Under the pieces are notes generated by a model, which worked only from the letters and a program-made list of their open reading frames with translations, was not told the origin of the DNA and did no database searches. Shown here piece by piece: positions 60,086 to 64,000 of a stretch of 64,000 nucleotides of DNA (position 1 is the stretch's first letter; every line of letters begins with the position of its first letter). Made by a program: the position numbers and the translations under genes. Source of the stretch: Gemmatimonadales bacterium (lineage in GTDB: Bacteria; Gemmatimonadota; Gemmatimonadetes; Gemmatimonadales; GWC2-71-9); the NCBI GenBank assembly GCA_965249575.1, contig OZ252244.1, forward strand, positions 896,001 through 960,000, given 5' to 3'.

Positions 60086-61230
60086 GCTACCCTCCGGGTG
60101 AGGCCGCCGCGCAGCACACGATAGACCCGTCCGCGCCACTCTACGCGGTCGACCACCAGGGCGTGCCAGCAGCCAACCGCCGTGACGATGTCCATGAATG
60201 GGAGCAACCACAGATATTTCAACTGGGTCCGGTCATGAATGAAGCATTGACTCATGACGACCACGACCGAGAGCCTCGTCGCCATCGCGACCGCGCCGAG
60301 GCCCATCAGGGGACCGGAAGCGAACAGTGCGAGCAGCACCGACACCGGAAAGACGCTGCGCATCCAACAGTACCAGGTGTAGAACGGCCCGGACAACACG
60401 TGCGCCATGCCTACCTGCCACCGATGGGCCTGGTTCCACCACACGCGGTACGTGACCGTTCGACAAGGCACTTCCACCGGTTCGTGGTGCATCAGCACGC
60501 GAAATCCCGCTTGGTGCATCCGACGAGCCAGTATCACATCCATGAGCAGCGACGATTCCTGATGCCAGAAACCACCAATCCTTGCCAGCACATCACGGCG
60601 GACGGCCATGCACGACCCGTTCGCCAATCGGAGCCCACCCCACACCGACTGCAGTGCAAAGTGACCGAGCAGATCGTGGTTGATGGAACCGGCCAACATC
60701 GCGGCCGGAACGCTCGATGCCCGCCGATACGCCGGGAAGCACGTGATCAGCCCGACGTCTGGCTCATCGAGTGGTGCCGTGAAGTCGCGCAGGAAATGCG
60801 GGTGGGGAAGGATGGTGTCCCCGTCCACGAACACGAGCCGTTCGCCTCGGGCCACAGCCGCCCCTTCTATGAGGTTGTGCATCTTCCCAAGTCGTGTGCC
60901 GCTCGGTCCGGTGATCAGGACCCTGATGCGGTCCGGGTCGCTGGCGGCCAGGTCCCGCAGTTCCGGTACGGCGGGATCAGCATGATCCTCGACGCAGAAC
61001 AGCCATTCGATCGAGCCAACCGTCTGTTGGGCGATCAGGCGGCGGAGCACCAGGGTTCGGCCCTCGTCCTGCCCCTTCAGTGGGACCAGGACGCTGACGG
61101 ATGCCGACGAAGGCGCGGACCGATAACGTCGGGATCGCCGCCGCGCGAACAGGGCGTGAATGGGGTAACTGGCCACGATCGCCGTGGGAAACCCGATAGC
61201 GACGACGGCAACCCAGAACAGGAGGGACAT
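60082..61230 (-). CDS. Ceramide glucosyltransferase/HpnI-like glycosyltransferase (GT2/GT21)
   Basis: N-terminal TM, VSVLVPLKG, KMHNL, FVDGD, NGSCMA, QAHRW (QxxRW), VEWRGRVY. Confidence 0.85.
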   Translation of the reverse strand: MSLLFWVAVVAIGFPTAIVASYPIHALFARRRSRRYRSAPSSASVSVLVPLKGQDEGRTLVLRRLIAQQTVGSIEWLFCVEDHADPAVPELRDLAASDPDRIRVLITGPSGTRLGKMHNLIEGAAVARGERLVFVDGDTILPHPHFLRDFTAPLDEPDVGLITCFPAYRRASSVPAAMLAGSINHDLLGHFALQSVWGGLRLANGSCMAVRRDVLARIGGFWHQESSLLMDVILARRMHQAGFRVLMHHEPVEVPCRTVTYRVWWNQAHRWQVGMAHVLSGPFYTWYCWMRSVFPVSVLLALFASGPLMGLGAVAMATRLSVVVVMSQCFIHDRTQLKYLWLLPFMDIVTAVGCWHALVVDRVEWRGRVYRVLRGGLTRRVA

Positions 61231-61480
61231 CGTGTGGACCTTTCGCAGCCGGTTCGTGCGATCCATGGGATGGAAGCCCACCCCACGGGCCGCACCGAAT
61301 CAGTAGCCAGGCCCCCGTCAAGAGGACATCAAGCGGATCTCCAACGCGTAGTCGACCTCGTGGTCCCGCTTGCCACCCGGTGACGCCGCGCCGCTAAGTC
61401 CCACCGGATATAACGGGAGCACGGCATGCGGTTGATCTCTCCGCCGCGTTATCTCCGATGTACCAAGACTGTGCCCATAA

Positions 61481-61515
61481 GAAGAGAAAACGGCACCGCA
61501 ACTACCGGTGCCGTT
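61481..61515 (-). terminator. Rho-independent terminator
   Basis: 10-bp stem AACGGCACCG / CGGTGCCGTT, 7-nt loop, followed on the minus strand by TTCTCTTCTT. Confidence 0.7.
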
Positions 61516-61550
61516 CCCGACGCCTCGCACGATTTCAATCTCTTACATAA

Positions 61551-61569
61551 CAGGCCCGGCAGGACTCGA
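61551..61569 (-). mobile_element. tRNA 3'-end fragment (tRNA-Trp-like), putative att site scar
   Basis: Minus strand TCGAGT CCTGC CGGGCCT G = part of T-loop, T-stem 3' strand, acceptor 3' strand, G discriminator; no 5' half of a tRNA upstream. Confidence 0.6.
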
Positions 61570-61619
61570 CCCGACTGCTCCGAGAGCAGCGGGGAGCGCG
61601 GGCAAAGAGGAAGATCTCT

Positions 61620-62165
61620 TCAGGGCCGAGTCAGCACACCCTCATCCAGCCTCGGTGCCGCGTCAGCGACCCGGTCGCTGCGCTGCCTGGCTTCTTCGGG
61701 GCGGCTGGCAGAGCGATCGCCCTCGACTTGGCTCTCTGGCACGGAGGCGTACCCGGCGGAGCGACGGATGAGTCCGACGATCTCATGGAGCCGATGCTCG
61801 AGGGCGTCCATTTCCTGCTGAGCGGACTCCTTGGTACGAATCCCCTGATCGATTCCCGCTGCAAGCCAATTGAGGCGGCGTACTTCGACGATGAAATGCT
61901 CGAGGTTGCCCCGGAGATCTTGGTAAACGCGCCGCTTAAAGCGTCTCTCGATGAAGCGGTTGAAATACTCCACCATGCCGAGCCGGCCCGACAACCACAT
62001 GATGATACCGAGCAAGCCCAAGCCCACGAGCACGCGCACGACGGGATCGAACGTGAAGAAGGTGATTGTGACCTCGATGATCACAACCACACCGAGGATA
62101 AACGCCAGAAACATCGACTGGAACCTGGGTTGTAGTGCCGCCATTGTGTCGGCCTCCATGAACAT
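61620..62165 (-). CDS. Hypothetical membrane protein (2 TM + helical domain)
   Basis: Two hydrophobic helices followed by an amphipathic helical region; GGAG upstream. Confidence 0.65.
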   Translation of the reverse strand: MFMEADTMAALQPRFQSMFLAFILGVVVIIEVTITFFTFDPVVRVLVGLGLLGIIMWLSGRLGMVEYFNRFIERRFKRRVYQDLRGNLEHFIVEVRRLNWLAAGIDQGIRTKESAQQEMDALEHRLHEIVGLIRRSAGYASVPESQVEGDRSASRPEEARQRSDRVADAAPRLDEGVLTRP

Positions 62166-62455
62166 TCGGGGACTCGTGTCTCCCCTCCCTCACGACCCAT
62201 GCGCTAGTTCGTCAATACCCAACACCGTACCGTACAGTTAAACGCTTGCAGCTCTTGTGCTTGCACAGCGGGTACCGCCTCGGGGCGCGTTTGACACTAC
62301 CCTACTGCAAGACGGTACCCTGTGACACCTGTCACACATCTGGATTATCGACCGGTTGAGACGAATACCTGAAGCGGGCGAGGGCGGTCTACGACCCTTC
62401 CGACCGGGGGTCGTGCCTGCAAGTCAACCGCCGGCAGGTGCTAGAACACAGAGGC

Positions 62456-62650
62456 ATGTTGGTTGCCGAGCTCGAAGCGATGCCGGAGTTCTCCGCCACC
62501 TGGGGCCGGACGCGGCGGAAGTAAAAAGGGAAGGCGACCTGGTTTGCACGATTGGCAACCTATGAGATGAGGATGCAGAGCCCGGACGGCCCAGCGAGCA
62601 TAAGCGGCAAATACCTGAGCGTGTCGAAGAAACAATCGGATGGCACGGAT
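62456..62650 (+). pseudogene. NTF2/DUF4440 fragment
   Basis: EGDLVCTIG / TYEM...GKYLSVSKKQSDGT resembles the DUF4440 C-terminal GKYLxVWKKQxDGxW motif; split across frames. Confidence 0.5.
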
Positions 62651-62889
62651 GGTGAGCGCCGAGGGGCACCCGGTGCTTGTTTGAATTCCGACCCGAGATT
62701 GACGGGAGCCGGGAGCGGATCGGACGGCGTGTGCAGATAGACGATCGCCTTACCACCCAGTCACGCGCCCACCCAAACTCTAGACACGCCACGAACAGGA
62801 GTTGCATTATCGTGACGGCACCTGCGTAGGCGGTTTTTCGACGCGGCCGACTATTAGTCAGATGGCACAGGGGTACCCAGGTCAAGAAA

Positions 62890-63324
62890 GTGCTTCCACC
62901 CACCTATTTCTTGATAGCGCTGGCAGCTATGCCTGCGATTCATTTCTTGTGGCCGATTCATCAGTACTGGCGGTTTCCCACGAGTCTCATCGGCATCATC
63001 CCGCTGGCATGCGGTATATATCTCAACGTTGTGGCCGATCGGCAATTCCAACGTCACCAGACGACGGTCAAGCCCTTCGAGAAGTCATCGGCGCTTGTTA
63101 GCGGGTTTCCGTTTTCCGTTAGCAGAAACCCGATGTATCTGGGTGTAACACTGATGCTTCTGGGAGTTGCTCTGCTGTTCGGCTCATTGTCGCCACTCGT
63201 GCCGGCAGTAGCGTTTGCTGTTCTAGTGGATCGATGTTTCGTTCGAGTTGAGGAGCGTATGCTGTCCGAGCACTTCGGCCCCGAGTGGGAGCGGTACCGG
63301 TCACACGTTCGAAGATGGCTGTGA
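62890..63324 (+). CDS. Isoprenylcysteine carboxyl methyltransferase (ICMT/PEMT) family membrane protein
   Basis: LVSGFPFSVSRNPMYLG, EERML...FGPEWERYRSHVRRWL; true start uncertain. Confidence 0.88.
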   Translation: MLPPTYFLIALAAMPAIHFLWPIHQYWRFPTSLIGIIPLACGIYLNVVADRQFQRHQTTVKPFEKSSALVSGFPFSVSRNPMYLGVTLMLLGVALLFGSLSPLVPAVAFAVLVDRCFVRVEERMLSEHFGPEWERYRSHVRRWL

Positions 63325-63559
63325 CGCGGCGCAGGCCCAGGGACATCGGCGATGTGGCCCACTCTTCGTTGCGCTGCCCCCAACCACGAGGCTAGGCATG
63401 CTTCCGATTCGTGCCCATCGCCGTGGACCGCGCACCACGAGGAGCGAGGGCAAAGAGCCAGCCGCGCACGAGTGAAAAGGCAAGACTATCAGTGTGCTTC
63501 AGCTCGTGTGTGCGCCGTGGATGTCATTAGGCCGAGGCCGACAAGCGCATTGCGTAAGC

Positions 63560-63711
63560 CAGCTGAGGAGCGCCGGGCTATGGCCGTCGCGGCGGAACAG
63601 GAGATGACCGCCCGGGTGCAGGAGATGAAGGCGAGGGTGGTCGGGGCAGAGGCAGCCGTTCCCCTGGCCCTGGCGGAGGCGTCCGGAAGGGGCGCCTATA
63701 GTGTCTGGTAA
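63560..63711 (+). pseudogene. C-terminal fragment of flotillin-like FloA/YqfA
   Basis: [40 protein letters not shown]; no upstream gene body. Confidence 0.7.
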
Positions 63712-64000
63712 CCCTCAAGGCGTCGCACTTGGCGGCACCCGAAGGGACGCCGGCGTTGCTCGCCAGCGTCACCCAGAAGCAGGCAACACCAGTGGATCGG
63801 GGCGGGCGGGCGCGCGTGGCGTCAGCGCGGTGCAGTGTTCCGCTTGCCCGGGAGACTATTGTCGCCAGGCGTGCGGGACGACCTCGGGACGCGTCGCCTC
63901 GACCGGCTCCACGTCCTGCTGCCCAAGCCGGCGGCGGATCGTCGGAAGGTCGCGGAACCCGACGAGGCGTCGCTCGTCCTCGTCCCACAGCGTCATCCCG

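Noticed and set aside
61551..61572. Functional tRNA gene
   Set aside because: Only the 3' ~19 nt is tRNA-like; no D or anticodon arm, and no 5' acceptor strand upstream.
1..64000. Prophage, IS, integron, retron/DGR or known defence system
   Set aside because: No integrase, transposase, reverse transcriptase, phage structural or defence-domain motifs were recognised in any ORF.

Overview
GC-rich bacterial chromosome segment, most likely Gemmatimonadota (inferred from the 'ILERLKAAVADRYAIEREIGSGGMATVYLAEDL' type Ser/Thr kinase, DUF4159, LVIVD-like propellers and a TIGR02999-type ECF). It is an accessory region with no core or ribosomal genes, rRNA, intact tRNA, CRISPR array, transposase or integrase that I can recognise. 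Intact modules: amidohydrolase + Tat-type M20 peptidase; CsgG-like protein; a five-gene DAO-flavoprotein + soxBDAG-type (heterotetrameric sarcosine oxidase family) operon; a heavy-metal RND efflux operon (TolC/MFP/CusA-CzcA) led by a His-rich small ORF ending in two RAPP motifs; three His-rich LVIVD-like beta-propeller paralogues; ArsR-SRPBCC with a perfect 24-bp operator; pirin; and a translationally coupled four-gene lipid-modification operon (GT21-like, sulfotransferase-like, DoxX-like, PlsC-SDR fusion) next to a tRNA-Trp 3'-end att-like scar. About 20 other genes are broken by frameshifts, in-frame stops, internal deletions or survive only as fragments. Some lesions look like long-read errors; the large deletions and the clustering of lesions suggest real decay. 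Notable oddities: two tandem small lipoproteins between an ECF sigma and its usual kinase partner, an intergenic patchwork containing an exact 34-bp copy of the SRPBCC gene, and dispersed heptamer repeats including a 22-unit array. All family calls come from motif recognition by eye, not database searches.
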